DNA from: Pristiophorus japonicus | Taxonomy: Eukaryota | Reading direction: 5' to 3' | DNA length: 64,000 nucleotides | NCBI RefSeq assembly: GCF_044704955.1 | Contig: NC_091995.1 | Coordinates: forward strand, 13,516,001-13,580,000 | Shown here: piece after piece, positions 47,138 to 59,207 of the stretch | Numbering within the stretch: the stretch's first letter is position 1 | Layout of the letters: every line of letters begins with the position of its first letter | Position numbers and translations under genes: made by a program | Notes under the pieces: model-generated | The model's database searches: none | The model's input: only the letters and a program-made list of their open reading frames with translations | What the model was told of the DNA's origin: nothing

Positions 47138-48761
47138 TTTGTTTTTAATTAGTTTTCTTGTTTAGTTCCTTTATTTTGCTGTAACGAAGAGTGACAATGG
47201 TTGAGTTACACCAAGTGACATTACAGCAAGTCATCATATTGCAGTTTCCAATTGATTTTAGTGGTCATGTGGCCAACTAGTTCCCTGAATTATTGTCACA
47301 CATCCCAATAATATTAAACCATTTGATTTGTTTTAATATGTTTAATAGTCTCAGGAATTACTAAATCACAGCCAATGAATTACTTTTGATGTGTATTCGC
47401 CATTGTTGTGTAGACAAGGACAGCGTCCAATGTAACAAACAGCAATTCAATGACTAACCTGTTAATCATGATTGGCCAGGACATTGGGAGAATACTCTAT
47501 TGTTCCTCGATGAAAGGGTTCCACCTGCAGTGGTAGATAGGGCCCCTGTTCAACAGTGCATAAATCAGCTAGGAGGAGCAAAATTGGGTGGGGGAGTTAT
47601 TTGTCTCTGGGGCACATACAACAACAGCAATGACCTGCATTCAAACAGCACTTCCAACATGGATATCTTCCCAAAGTGGTTCACAGGAAGAGTAACTAAA
47701 TAAAATGAGTGCCGAGTGAAAGAGGTCTTTGGGTGGGTGAACAAAAGCTTGGTCATAGAGGTGGATTTTAAGAAGGGTCTCAAAGGAGGAGAGGTTTAGG
47801 GATGGAATTCCAGGGTGTCAGGTCCAGGGTGTTGGCTGAAGGCACAGTCACTCTGAGGGGAAGGGGAAAATGCACTAGTAGCCAAAGTAAGCGATGCAGT
47901 GTGTCTGTGCGTGGGGCAGGCAGGGCAGAGGGTGGGGGAATTACTGGTTGTACTGTAGAACTGGAAGAGAAGATAGGGAAAAGCAAGATCATCAAGGCAC
48001 TTAAATGTGAAGATTTAAACGTGGGATAGGAGCCAATGTAGGTCAGCAAGGATGTGGTGTTGGGCAAATGGAACTTGGTGCAGGATCGGATAGAGGCAGC
48101 AGAGTTTTGGATGAGCTGAAGCTCACGAAGAGTGGCAGATGGGAGGAAAGTTGGCGAGGTTAGGGCTGGTGATGTGAAAGAAAAGTTGCAAATACTGGAA
48201 ATCAAATAGAAACAGAAAATGCTGTAAAAGCACAGCAACCCGCTCACCTGAGAGATGTTAATATTCCAGGTGGGAATCTTCAACTGAACGGCCAAACAGG
48301 GGAAGGGACAGGCGGGGGGTATCTATATCTGAAACATGAACCTGTCCCCTTCTCTTTACAGATGTTCAAAGGTCTACTGCACACCTTCATCATCTCTTGT
48401 CACCATCATGATAGTTTAGCATTGTATCAGTAAATCATTTACAAACTATTATTGCAAAAACAGCCGGAATAATTTCAGTGGCCATGAGTTACAAGACAAG
48501 ACGTTTAATTTGCATGTCTGAGAGTTAAGTTTGTCACATTTTGCCGGGCCCAAAATAAAGAGTGCAGGGATTGAGGCGGTTATATTCTGTAAGATTTTAT
48601 ATTTTTGTATACCAGCAGCTCCCCGCGTGTTGCGGAGCTTAATGTTGAAATCCTGGGGATTGTGCAGTCATTGAATTTGGTCAATCAGATATTTCACTGT
48701 AAAGCCCACAATGATGAACGGAAAAACATCGCCAAAAAAAGGGCAATAAAATCTCAATCCA

Positions 48762-48938
48762 GTCCGCTCGCGGCCTTCCGCGAGAGGTGGGTACCGGAGG
48801 GACTGGAGTGCATCATCACCCCCGGCAACCAAATTTTAATTTGATTTAAGTCACAGTTAAAGTTTAAAATGTTAATTTGTTGGTTCCAGTGCCCTTGCCA
48901 AAATGGGGGCATTTGATTTTACATTCTACCAAAATAGT
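48762..48938 (+). mobile_element. Tx1 extreme 3' fragment
   Basis: LAAFRERWVPEGLECIITPGNQILI* plus 3'UTR hairpin, ending AAAATAGT. Confidence 0.85.
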
Positions 48939-49155
48939 TGTAGAGCTGTTGAGTAGGAGTGGCCTAGCCACTTGGAGCTGTGAGCCTGTGGAGGAAGAAG
49001 CTGCAGCTGCTGTGTGCCTGCCTGCATCAACCAGAGTCTCCAGGAGAGGAGGAAGAGAACTCTTGTATCACTCCAAACCCTTCTGGAAAGTGGGAGGATA
49101 CAACCCGGGAGCTTCTTACTAGGATAGTTGAGAGTAACAGTGAATTATTATTGTA

Positions 49156-49530
49156 GAATCATAGAACAGTTACAGCACAGGAAGCCATTCGGCCCATTGA
49201 GCCCATGCCGGCTCTCTGCAAGAGCACTTCAGCTAGTCCCATTCCCCGTCCTTTCCCGATAACCCTGCAATTTTTTTCCCTTCAGGTACTTAGCAATCCC
49301 TTTTGAAAGCCACAATTGAATCTGCCTCTACTGCCCTTTCGGGCAGTGCATTCCAGATCCTAACCACTCACTGTGTAAAAAATGTTTTTCCTCTTGTTAC
49401 CTTTGCATCTTCTGGCAATCACCTTAAATCTGTGTCCTCTGGTTCTCGACTATTCCGCCAATGGGAACAGTTTCTCTCTATCTATTCTGTCTCGACCCGT
49501 TATGATTTTGAACACCTCTGTCAAATTTCT
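49156..49530 (-). mobile_element. CR1 3' fragment
   Basis: atcatagaacagttacagcacagg...gccattcggccc; reverse of the 15235-type tail. Confidence 0.75.
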
Positions 49531-50229
49531 CAATCTTCTATCTATAAACATATATGGGAACCCTGTAGCAAAAATAATTATTTTCATTTAGTAACCTTTA
49601 TTAAGTGTCTTTTTGTACAAAGGGATTTTCATGTAGTGCTCGGGATGGAAACGTTACACTCACCTGAGATGGTCCCAGGTGGTATAATGTTTGCAAACTA
49701 CATTTATATATTTTAAAAAATGGGGAAACTTTTCTAATAGCCTGAGGGGGCAACAATATAGTTTAATCCAAAAGCTCCCAGTAGAATGCTCTCAAATGGG
49801 ATCAAAGATAACGTTATGGGGAGGGAGGATAATATTTTGTTTTAAACATAAGTGCAGTGCGTTCTTTTTTTTTGTACAGGTTCTGGAGATTCTCTATTAA
49901 AGCTCTGGGGACTGGAGGATTTGTTTTTGCACGGACTTTAAAGATCCCGTCCACTTGCACAGCCACCCTTCCGCAGATCGATTCAAAGTTGCTCCCGTCA
50001 CAAATCCGGACTCGAAGCTACTGCAATCGCTTCGTCTTCTGCGTTTAAAATAAAAGTCTCGATATTTTTCGGACAAAAAATACCCGAAGCTGAACCATCC
50101 GATTCAGGATGGATCAAAAGACAAAATCCTAAAAGAGACAAAGTAATATTGGCAATACTCTCAGCAGGTCAAGCAGCACAGATGTTACCTGGCCTGCTGA
50201 GCATTTCCAGCATTTTTTGTTTTTATTAC

Positions 50230-50497
50230 AGATTTCCGGAAAAGTCAGCGAATTTAAGCGACGGATAAATAAACCGGGAGACATCTAGCTGATTCGAGCA
50301 GTCGAGCGCCGCCGCCAGAAAATTCCCGCGCTCTCTGCGTCAGAATGTTGCTACTGCTCGGTCGGCACAGCAACTGTGTAGCGCGCTCCCCTATTGGCTG
50401 CCTTGCTGTCGCAGCATTCTAAAGCTGGCCAGGCTGGCGCGATGATTGGCTGCAACTGACGGGCGTTCCGCGGGAGAACTCTGGCAGGCTATAAATG
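50230..50497 (+). promoter_or_regulatory. HSP70-3 promoter: imperfect HSEs, two ATTGG, TATA
   Basis: TTCcgGAAaaGTC at 50234; aGAAaaTTCc near 50317; ATTGG near 50393 and 50445; TATAAA 50490-50495. Confidence 0.7.
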
Positions 50498-50598
50498 ATC
50501 CGCTGGGTGGCGAAGACTGGGGACTGAAGCAGCGGCATCTTTGGTGACTGGGGCAGTTGTCACACACGGCCACGTTAAAAAAATATATGTACAAAATC

Positions 50599-52509
50599 AT
50601 GTCGGCAGCCATTGGCATCGACCTGGGCACCACCTACTCCTGCGTGGGGGTCTTCCAGCACGGCAAGGTCGAGATCATCGCCAATGACCAGGGCAACCGC
50701 ACCACCCCCAGCTACGTGGCCTTCAACGACACCGAGAGGCTCATCGGGGACGCTGCCAAGAACCAGGTGGCTCTCAACCCACCCAACACTGTCTTTGATG
50801 CCAAGAGGCTCATCGGGAGGAAGTTCGATGACCAAGTGGTCCAGTCCGACATGAAGCACTGGCCCTTCGAGGTGGTGAGCGATGCGGGAAAGCCCAAGGT
50901 GAAGGTTGAGTACAAGGGTGAGGATAAAACCTTTTACCCCGAGGAAATCTCTTCCATGGTGCTGACCAAGATGAAGGAGATCGTCGAGGCTTACCTGGGC
51001 CACACTGTCACCAATGCTGTTGTCACCGTGCCCGCTTACTTCAATGACTCCCAACGCCAGGCAACCAAAGACGCTGGTGTGATCGCTGGTCTGAATGTCC
51101 TACGCATCATCAATGAGCCGACGGCAGCTGCCATTGCCTATGGCCTAGACAAGAAGGGCCAAGGTGAACACAACGTTCTCATCTTTGACTTGGGTGGTGG
51201 GACCTTCGATGTCTCTATTCTCACCATTGATGATGGTATCTTTGAAGTGAAATCGACGGCTGGTGACACCCACTTGGGAGGAGAGGACTTTGATAATCGC
51301 ATGGTCAATCACTTCATTGAGGAGTTCAAGCGTAAATACAAGAAGGACATCAGTCAGAACAAGAGGGCGGTCAGGAGGCTGAGGACAGCCTGTGAGAGAG
51401 CAAAGAGAACCCTGTCTTCCAGCACCCAAGCCAGCATCGAGATTGACTCTCTGTGTGACAGCTTGGACTTCTACACCTCCATCACCAGGGCTCGGTTCGA
51501 GGAGCTGAATTCTGACCTGTTCAGAGGCACTCTGGAGCCAGTGGAGAAAGCTCTGAGAGACGCCAAGTTGGATAAAGCTCTTGTTCGTGATATAGTCCTG
51601 GTTGGGGGCTCCACCCGAATCCCCAAGATCCAGAAACTGCTACAAGGTTTCTTCAATGGCAGGGAGCTGAACAAGAGCATCAACCCTGATGAGGCCGTGG
51701 CCTATGGGGCAGCTGTACAAGCGGCTATTCTGATGGGGGACAAGTCTGAGAATGTCCAAGATCTCCTGCTACTGGATGTCGCTCCACTGTCGCTGGGTCT
51801 TGAGACAGCAGGAGGGGTCATGACCACACTCATCAAGCGGAACACCACTATTCCCACCAAGCAGACCCAGATCTTCACCACTTATTCTGACAGCCAGCCT
51901 GGTGTCTTGATCCAGGTGTATGAAGGGGAGAGAGCCATGACCAAGGATAACAATCGTCTGGGCAAATTCGATCTCAGTGCGATTCCCCCTGCCCCACGTG
52001 GCGTGCCACAGATTGAGGTCACCTTCGACATTGATGCCAATGGCATCTTGAACGTGTCTGCTGTGGACAAGAGCACAGGAAAAGAGAGCAAGATCACCAT
52101 CACCAATGACAAGGGCCGGCTGAGCAAGGAAGAAATCGAGAGAATGGTACAGGAAGCAGAAACGTACAAAGCCCAAGATGACCAGCAGCGTGATAAGATC
52201 GCAGCCAAGAACTCCCTGGAGTCCTACGCCTTCAACATGAAGAGCTCGGTGGAGGAAGAGAATACGAAAGGCAAGGTCAGCGAGGAAGACAAGAACAAGG
52301 TGATAGAAAAGTGTAACCAGGCCATATCGTGGCTGGAGGTGAATCAGGCGGCAGAGAAGAAAGACTTTGAGGACCAGCTGAAGGAGCTGGAGACTGTCTG
52401 CAATCCCATCATCACCAAACTCTACCAGGGAAATATGCCTGCTGGCTTTGGAGCCCAGGCTGGTAAAGGAGATTCCTTTGGTGGCCCAACGATTGAGGAG
52501 GTTGATTGA
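50599..52509 (+). CDS. hsp70: Heat shock 70 kDa protein, copy 3 (636 aa; alternative in-frame ATG at 50587)
   Basis: HSP70 signatures; ends GPTIEEVD; ATG 50599 has A at -3 whereas ATG 50587 has T at -3. Confidence 0.95.
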   Translation: MSAAIGIDLGTTYSCVGVFQHGKVEIIANDQGNRTTPSYVAFNDTERLIGDAAKNQVALNPPNTVFDAKRLIGRKFDDQVVQSDMKHWPFEVVSDAGKPKVKVEYKGEDKTFYPEEISSMVLTKMKEIVEAYLGHTVTNAVVTVPAYFNDSQRQATKDAGVIAGLNVLRIINEPTAAAIAYGLDKKGQGEHNVLIFDLGGGTFDVSILTIDDGIFEVKSTAGDTHLGGEDFDNRMVNHFIEEFKRKYKKDISQNKRAVRRLRTACERAKRTLSSSTQASIEIDSLCDSLDFYTSITRARFEELNSDLFRGTLEPVEKALRDAKLDKALVRDIVLVGGSTRIPKIQKLLQGFFNGRELNKSINPDEAVAYGAAVQAAILMGDKSENVQDLLLLDVAPLSLGLETAGGVMTTLIKRNTTIPTKQTQIFTTYSDSQPGVLIQVYEGERAMTKDNNRLGKFDLSAIPPAPRGVPQIEVTFDIDANGILNVSAVDKSTGKESKITITNDKGRLSKEEIERMVQEAETYKAQDDQQRDKIAAKNSLESYAFNMKSSVEEENTKGKVSEEDKNKVIEKCNQAISWLEVNQAAEKKDFEDQLKELETVCNPIITKLYQGNMPAGFGAQAGKGDSFGGPTIEEVD

Positions 52510-52782
52510 ATGCCATCCCGAACTTTCATTTCTCCCCTCCCTCCCTCCCCCCTAGTGTAAGTAACTTTTATGCGCGTTGTCATGACAAAATACTTTAGTT
52601 GCCGATTGGACAGATGATATATTGCATTAGTTGGGTACTTGGCTGTGAAGTATCCCAATTGGTTTGGGGGAAATGGTTTTGTTTGAGTGAACTTTGCATG
52701 TTTTTTTGTATCATGTTGAACAGCTATCTTACTTTTCTGGTTACATCTGATTGCCCGAGTGTGTGTGTATATTCAAGGGGCC

Positions 52783-52788
52783 AATAAA
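52783..52788 (+). terminator. Poly(A) signal of HSP70-3
   Basis: AATAAA followed by tgtgtttggtgttt. Confidence 0.65.
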
Positions 52789-53457
52789 GTTATGTATTAA
52801 AATCCATGTGTTTGGTGTTTCATTTTTAATACTAAGTCTTTCTTGCACCTTCCCCATTACTTTCCTGAACTGACCAGCCTCACACTCTGTTTACACACTT
52901 GCGGTTGAGCCCCAACACCTTCCTGAGCTTGATTTGACATGGTTAGATTGTTTTTACTGGTGCCCTCCTAAAGGGGACATTTGCAGAACTGATTCTTTGT
53001 GACACTAAACCTGGTGCCACCTTTTTAAATCGCAAAAGTCACGCACTAACATTATCCTTAATTTGAATGAAGTGTTCTTTTATTAGTACTATTGAACTTG
53101 TTTATGGATGTGGACCTTATTGTAACACCTCTAATTTATTTCAAAACATATTTACGGTGGAAATAAACATTGTGGAATTTAAATTGAAACTCACAAATGA
53201 GAAATGTAATCTTGCTAAAGTGTCATCCATACTTTAAAACAAAGTTGAATGAAATATTTTGCTTTTATCAGAAACTGTATTAAAGATTGCAATTGGCATG
53301 TTTCACAAGCAGAACTTTCATATTTTGTATCATTCCCCCAAACAATTGCAAAAAAAAATTCCTTATAAAAAGGAAACAGTCTCATTAATATATACAAAAA
53401 TGGGTTTGTCGGAAATATTTTGCTTATTAAACTAATTGACCTTTTTTGATATTTGTT

Positions 53458-54035
53458 ATCATCATCATAGGCAGTCCCTCGAAATTAGGATGATTTGCTT
53501 CCACGCCCAAAAAGGGATGAGTTCAGAGGTGTTTCAATGAAGGACCTAATATTCCAGGTCCTGAGCTACATCCTGAAGGGTGGAAGATGACTGTGCGTGG
53601 ATTTTTTTAACGTGTGGTGGCCGTTGCACACCAGCCACCACACGGGCTTGACAGCTTGGTTTTGGTCCAGTGGCAAGAATTAACCAAGACGACTGGAGAG
53701 TAGCTCTGCTGCATGGACCTAGTGCACACACCTATCGCGGTGTGGGCTGGCCCGTGCTGCCCCTGGGCCCGAACTCACGCCTCTCCTGGCCCCGGTCGTA
53801 TCCCTCCACAGTCTCTCGCCACTCCTGCTGTATCTGCCCATGCTCCAATCACCAACCTGGACCTTGATGACGTCACTCTTTGCCCTCCTGCACCAGCTCG
53901 TGCTTCTCCCTGAAGTGGCATGCCTCCCCACTGCCCTCGGGGGCTCCACGCTGCTCCTGAGCCGCCGCACCTCCGCTCCTTTCATGGCCCCTACCTGCCG
54001 CTGGTGTTCTCTCGCAGGTCGGGGCCTGTTCTCCT
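53458..54035 (-). mobile_element. RTE-tailed element, copy E
   Basis: atcatcatcataggcagtccctcgaa...; its 5' end resembles one unit of the copy C array. Confidence 0.78.
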
Positions 54036-54189
54036 ATTAAAGGCATCCTTTTGCATTTTTGAACTCTGTTTCAAATACATTTTTAGATTCAATATTTCAT
54101 TATCCATTTGAGGAAAGCCAATATTAAAGAAAAGGGCTATTCTGAAAAGAGTCATTGCCTCAAACACTTAACATGCCTTCCCTGCCCAT

Positions 54190-54666
54190 AAAGAAAGAAA
54201 AAAAGACTTGCATTTCGACAGCACCTTTCACAACCACTGGACGTCTCAAAGCGCTTTACAGCCAATTAAGTACTTTTTCTGGAGTGTAGCCACTGTTGTA
54301 ATGTGGGAAACGCGGCAGCCAACTTTTGCACAGCAAACTCCCACAAACAGCAATGTGATAATGACCAGATAATTTGTTTTTTGTTATGTTGATCAAGGGA
54401 TAAATATTGGCTAGGACACCGGGGATAACTCCCCTGCTCGTCTTCAAAATAGTGTCATGGGATCTTTTATGTCCACCTGAGAGAGCAGACATGGCCTTGG
54501 TTTAACATCTCATCTGAAAGACAGCACCTCTGACAGTGCAGCACTCCCTCAACACTGCACTGGAGTGTCAGCTTAGATTTATGTGCTCAAGTTCTGGAGT
54601 GGGACTATGAACCCACAACCTTCCAACTCAGAGGTGAATGTGTTACCCACTGAGCCACAACTGACA
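54190..54666 (-). mobile_element. Same SINE family, full length
   Basis: Reverse A/B boxes and core; partial copies at 495-705, 20092-20470, 30760-31087, 33545-33845, 41990-42600, 42937-43110. Confidence 0.75.
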
Positions 54667-55265
54667 CCAGGACACTGGCAGGCTGAACCCACATCACCAG
54701 CATCTCCAGCCATTAAGAAAGTGGAGGCTATAGTTAATGTCAGAAGTTTTAAAGTCAATGTTGGAAGAGAGCTGCAGAATGCCCATGGGAAAGGTGAGGT
54801 AATGTTCCTTGAATTTGCAATGAGCTTCACCGGTACAGTGTAGAAGGCCTCATTTGAAAGATGGTATCTCCAACAGTACTACCCTGCCTCAGTACTGCAC
54901 AGAAGGCTCTGGAGTGGGACATGAACCTGACTCAGGCAAGCGGTGTACTGCTGAGACTAGGCTGACACCTGAAAAAGGAAGATATTGGAAAGGGGAGTCA
55001 TCAGATCTGCGATGGAAAGGGGAGTCATCAGAGCAGATGCCGCAGAGATAGAGAAACTGGGAGAAAAGAATGGAGACCTTGCAGGAAGTGAAACGGGAAG
55101 AAACACAACATGGTTGGTTGCGGAATCAGTAGGCAATGCAAAATTAATTCCCTGCAATTGCAAAGGCTGGGGTCATTGCTAGAAATATATCTGAGCCAAA
55201 GGTTCAGAGTCGGTCACTGTGATGGATGTGGGCTTCACCCTGTGTTGTTCTAAAGTTTTTTTGGG

Positions 55266-56008
55266 GGGGAGCAGCGTGCAGTGGCCCGGCCCAGAAATCG
55301 GCACGGTCCTGGTCTGCAAGACCATCAGCAGGCCGGGGCCATTGGAGGGAGCAGGTGCGGTGTTCTGGCCCGGAAATTGGCACGGTCCTGATCTGCAAGA
55401 CCATCAGCAGGCCGGGGCCATTGAAGGGAGCAGGTGCGGTGTTCTGGCCCGGAAATTGGCACGGTCCTGGTCTGCAAGACCATCAGCAGGCCGGGGCCAT
55501 TGGAGGGAGCAGTGTGCGGTGGCATACCACTGTAGGGAGCAGCGTGTGTTGCTGCAGAAGGGCGGAGGCTGCGAAGCCAGGTCGCTGATTGCAGTGCGGA
55601 CAGGCACAGCAGGAGGGACGAAGGAGCGGCAAGAGTCCGTAGAGGGAAGTGACCGAGGCCCAGGAGAGACGTAAATCTGCGTACCAGAAGAGGCGGGGGC
55701 CCAGGGGCAGCGTGGGCCAGGCCACACAGCGACGTGTGCGCGCGCTCGGTCTGTGCAGCAGAGCTGGTCTCCAGTTAGCTTTGGGTAATCCTTGCCACTG
55801 GACCAAGACCTAGCTCTGTCAAACTCATGTGGTGGCTGGTGTGCAACGGCCACCACACATTAAAAAAAATCCAAGCACAGGCATCTTCCATCCTTCACGA
55901 TGTAATTCGGGATCTGGAATATTAGGTCATTCATTGAAACACCTGTGAACTCACCTCTTTTTGGCATGGAAGCAAGTCATCCTCGCTTCGAGGGACTGCC
56001 TGATGATT
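55266..56008 (+). mobile_element. RTE-tailed element, copy F, with a 79-bp tandem head
   Basis: accatcagca recurs at 55321, 55400, 55479; shared tail. Confidence 0.8.
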
Positions 56009-56089
56009 ATAAAGTATTTCTGTTTTATCTTTTTATACAAATTTAAGACAGATCAGTGCACTGGGGTTTTAAATTGGAGGTCTGTTTTA

Positions 56090-56720
56090 AGTGATCCATT
56101 TGTCCTTCTACCTGAAGAACCTATACTATCTGTTATGTGAAGAACTGCTTCCTGATTTCATTCCTGCATGGCATGGCTCTAATTTTAAGTTTATGTTCCC
56201 TTGTTCTAGATTCTCCCACTCGAAGAAATAGTTTTTTCTGCATCTATACTATTGAATCATTTTAAAGACCTCAACGGAATGCAAACCAAGTTCTCATAAT
56301 TTAATCCTTTCAGTTCCAGTATCGTTCTGGTGAATCTGCGTAGTACCCCCTCATGGCCAGTATATATTTTCTGAGGTGAGGCACCCAGAACTGAACTCAA
56401 TACTTAAGATGGGGTCTGACCAAGGCTTTATACAAATGAAGCATAACTTCCTCTGTTTTGCATTCTAGCCCCCTTGAGATAAAGGCCAACATTCCTTCAC
56501 CCTTTTTGATTGCTTTTTGTACTTGTCCCACTAGCTTTTAGTGATTTGTATACACGGACACCCATATCTCTTGGTTCCTCCACAGTTCCTACTTTCTCAC
56601 CAGATACCGTGATCTATCTTTCCCTGATCTAAAGTGGATGACCTCACCATCTGCCACAGTTTTGCCCACTCACTTAATCTGTTTATGTTCCTTGGTAACT
56701 TTCTGCTCCCATCTGTACTT
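56090..56720 (-). mobile_element. Old CR1 RT-downstream fragment
   Basis: cacccagaactgaactcaatact...ggtctgaccaaggc is the reverse of LVRPHL.Y.VQFW. Confidence 0.65.
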
Positions 56721-57557
56721 AATAGTACCTCTCAAAATTTATTGAAAATTACTTAATTTTTTTAGCAGTATGTATAATCGTATAGAAAAGTATTTTTTTT
56801 ACACGGCTTTAAGAAGCCAGGGAGGAATATTGGAAAACGTCACTTTCACTATTCTGGAGAAACGCCTCGAAAATGAGTCCCACTCTGTGTCTCAGATGTG
56901 TAGGGTTGCTAAATCATACCTTTTTCCTGAGGATTTTGCTTTTTGTTTGATGCAGAATTAGGATAACAAAAAGAGGGAGTACAAAGAAGAGAAAGTCTTT
57001 TCAAAAAATCTCCATGGAGGGCAGAAGATTCACATGCCTGAGATTACTTCTTTTTTCTACCTCCTCTTTTGAAAGCAAGCTACCCACAAGGGGATACATT
57101 ACCTTACTACCACCCACACCTTCTGAATTATAAGATCAAAGTGCACAAAGGAAAAACATTTATAGAGGGTGTCATAATAACCCTGCTCAATGAAGCAAAT
57201 TCCGCAAGTTTCAGGCTGTAACATGAATTCTGTTACAGAGAAGCTGGATTTCCCGCTGGAATAATAATCTCATAGTGATCCTTCTATGGACTGAGAAAAC
57301 TAGCTTCTAAACCGTAATTAAATTCTAAATCTTTACCCAGAGAGTGGTTAGAATGTGGAACTCGCTTCCAGCTGGAGCAGTTGAGACAAATATCATAGAT
57401 GCATTTAAGGGAAAGATAGATAAGCACATGAGGGAGGAAGGAAAGGAAGGATTTGCTGATACGGTGAGATGAAGAGGGGTGGGGTGGAGGCTCGTGTGGA
57501 GTATAAACACCGGCATGAACTATTTGGGGCAAATTGCCCATTTCTGTTTTGTAAACA

Positions 57558-58224
57558 CTATGACCTTTACTTTTTTTGCATATTTAATGTTCACTTAATG
57601 TCCAGTTTTACCACTGAAATGACATATAACGCCCATATATCGCACATTTTGGCACAAAATGGAAACTGACGGGCATTTTTAGGAAACTTATCACCTAGCG
57701 TTACTTTTCCCATGTGCTTAACGCCAAGATTCAATAATACCGCCCACCCATTTTTTTTTTGTCGTAAAGAGCACATTTGGCAAAACTAATGCCCAGGAGA
57801 TCACCACCGTCACTTTCACCAGCTCGCACACATATCACCCACAATATTGCTCGTCCAAAAAACCGCCCAGAAAAAGTGGAACTGTTCTGAACTAAAGCCA
57901 GCATGTGGCTGCCATTTTTAAAATCACAAGTCGCTTCATTCAAAAGGCTGCTGTGCTTCAATCCCGGCGGAGTTCGGATGTACTCTGCAGGTCATTGGAG
58001 TCGATGTGAACATCTCTACAAACATCTTGACCATATTGTGACCGATTGGAATTGAATAGGTGTCTTCGTCGGGACATTCCTTGTTTGAGACCAATCGATG
58101 GAAAACAGAGAGCTCCTGCAATGGGACCTATCCTTTCTCACCCTCTCTTGGTGACCAATTACCACCCACTCCGAAAATAATGCCCATTTTGGGGCGAAAA
58201 GCACAAAAGTGGAGGTTCTAGCCC
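57558..58224. mobile_element. Degenerate MITE-like element
   Basis: Right end aaaagtggaggttctagccc|ta; CpG-containing subterminal cgccc repeats; left terminus eroded. Confidence 0.4.
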
Positions 58225-58919
58225 TATGTAATTCTATGCACACTGGAGAAATTTGTTTCAATTACAAGAGCAGGCTTTTCTTGACAGAGATTTGCTAGAT
58301 TCAATGCTTTGTCTCCATGCAGGAAGAAGCACAGGGTATTTGATTCCCATTGCTAATTAATTTTGGGGAATGTAGGTAATGCTGGGCATGCTACATTTAT
58401 TGTCCATGCTAGTTCCTTTCAGAAGTTGGGTGTCTCTTATTTTGTAGCAATCGTGTTTACAATTGAGTGACTTGCTGTGCCACTTCAGAGGCTATGAAGA
58501 GTCAGGTGTGGGACTGTAGTCACGTTTAGGCCCAGACTGGGTTAGGGTGGCAGGTGCCTCTCACTCTAAAGGACATTAGTGAACCAATTGGAATTTTATC
58601 TCTTTCTGGCAGCATTGACGGTCTATTTTTTTTCCAGTGTCAACTGCAAATGATAACATTTATTGACTTGAGAACTTTTTGTTTCTTAAGACTATGGGAA
58701 CTGAAGTACTCTTTTGGGGACACAAATGTGTAAAGAAAATGCAGTGGTTCCCATGGCAACAATTCCCATGGCCAGACAAACGTCAACATATCGCAATAAT
58801 CACTTAAACATGATAAATCATCGCCAACGAAAAAAAACAGTAGACCATTTCTAGGAGGGCCTCAACTGTGGCAATCCCGTCGGTTGAAATTGATTTCAAA
58901 TTTGAATTTCGTTTGGCGC

Positions 58920-59095
58920 CACTTCCAGCACGTGGCAGAAACGTTCTGGAGGCGTCGACGTCACAATCGAGTGCATTGAGCGACCTCTTAATGGTCAAGG
59001 CGCTACCAAGGCGACGAGGATTTGGACGGCCATTGGGCGGCGGGGACGTCAATCAAGCGGGCCTCTTCTGGAACGTGCCCCGGGCTATAAATAGG
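58920..59095 (+). promoter_or_regulatory. HSP70-4 promoter: imperfect HSEs, E-box, ATTGG/GC box, TATA
   Basis: cTTCtgGAAc 59065-59074; AAAcgTTCtgGAG near 58940; CACGTG 58929; ATTGGGCGG near 59032; TATAAATA 59086. Confidence 0.75.
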
Positions 59096-59207
59096 GATTG
59101 AGGCCAGAAGGAGCGGCAGAAGAGGATACAACGACCAGGCGGAGTCGCGCTGGTACGGTCCGGATTCCACAGCCCTAGTAGATCAATTTCAACTCGGTGA
59201 AAAAAGA

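Larger units (their letters stand above)
44424..48590 (+). repeat. Segmental duplication unit B (promoter + HSP70-2 + 3' flank)
   Basis: Collinear with unit A through the 3'UTR and the shared old L2/Penelope-like relics. Confidence 0.85.

Noticed and set aside
54986-55032. 20-bp direct repeat tggaaaggggagtcatcaga (and a 22-bp duplication near 31692-31742)
   Set aside because: Simple local slippage duplications with no further structure
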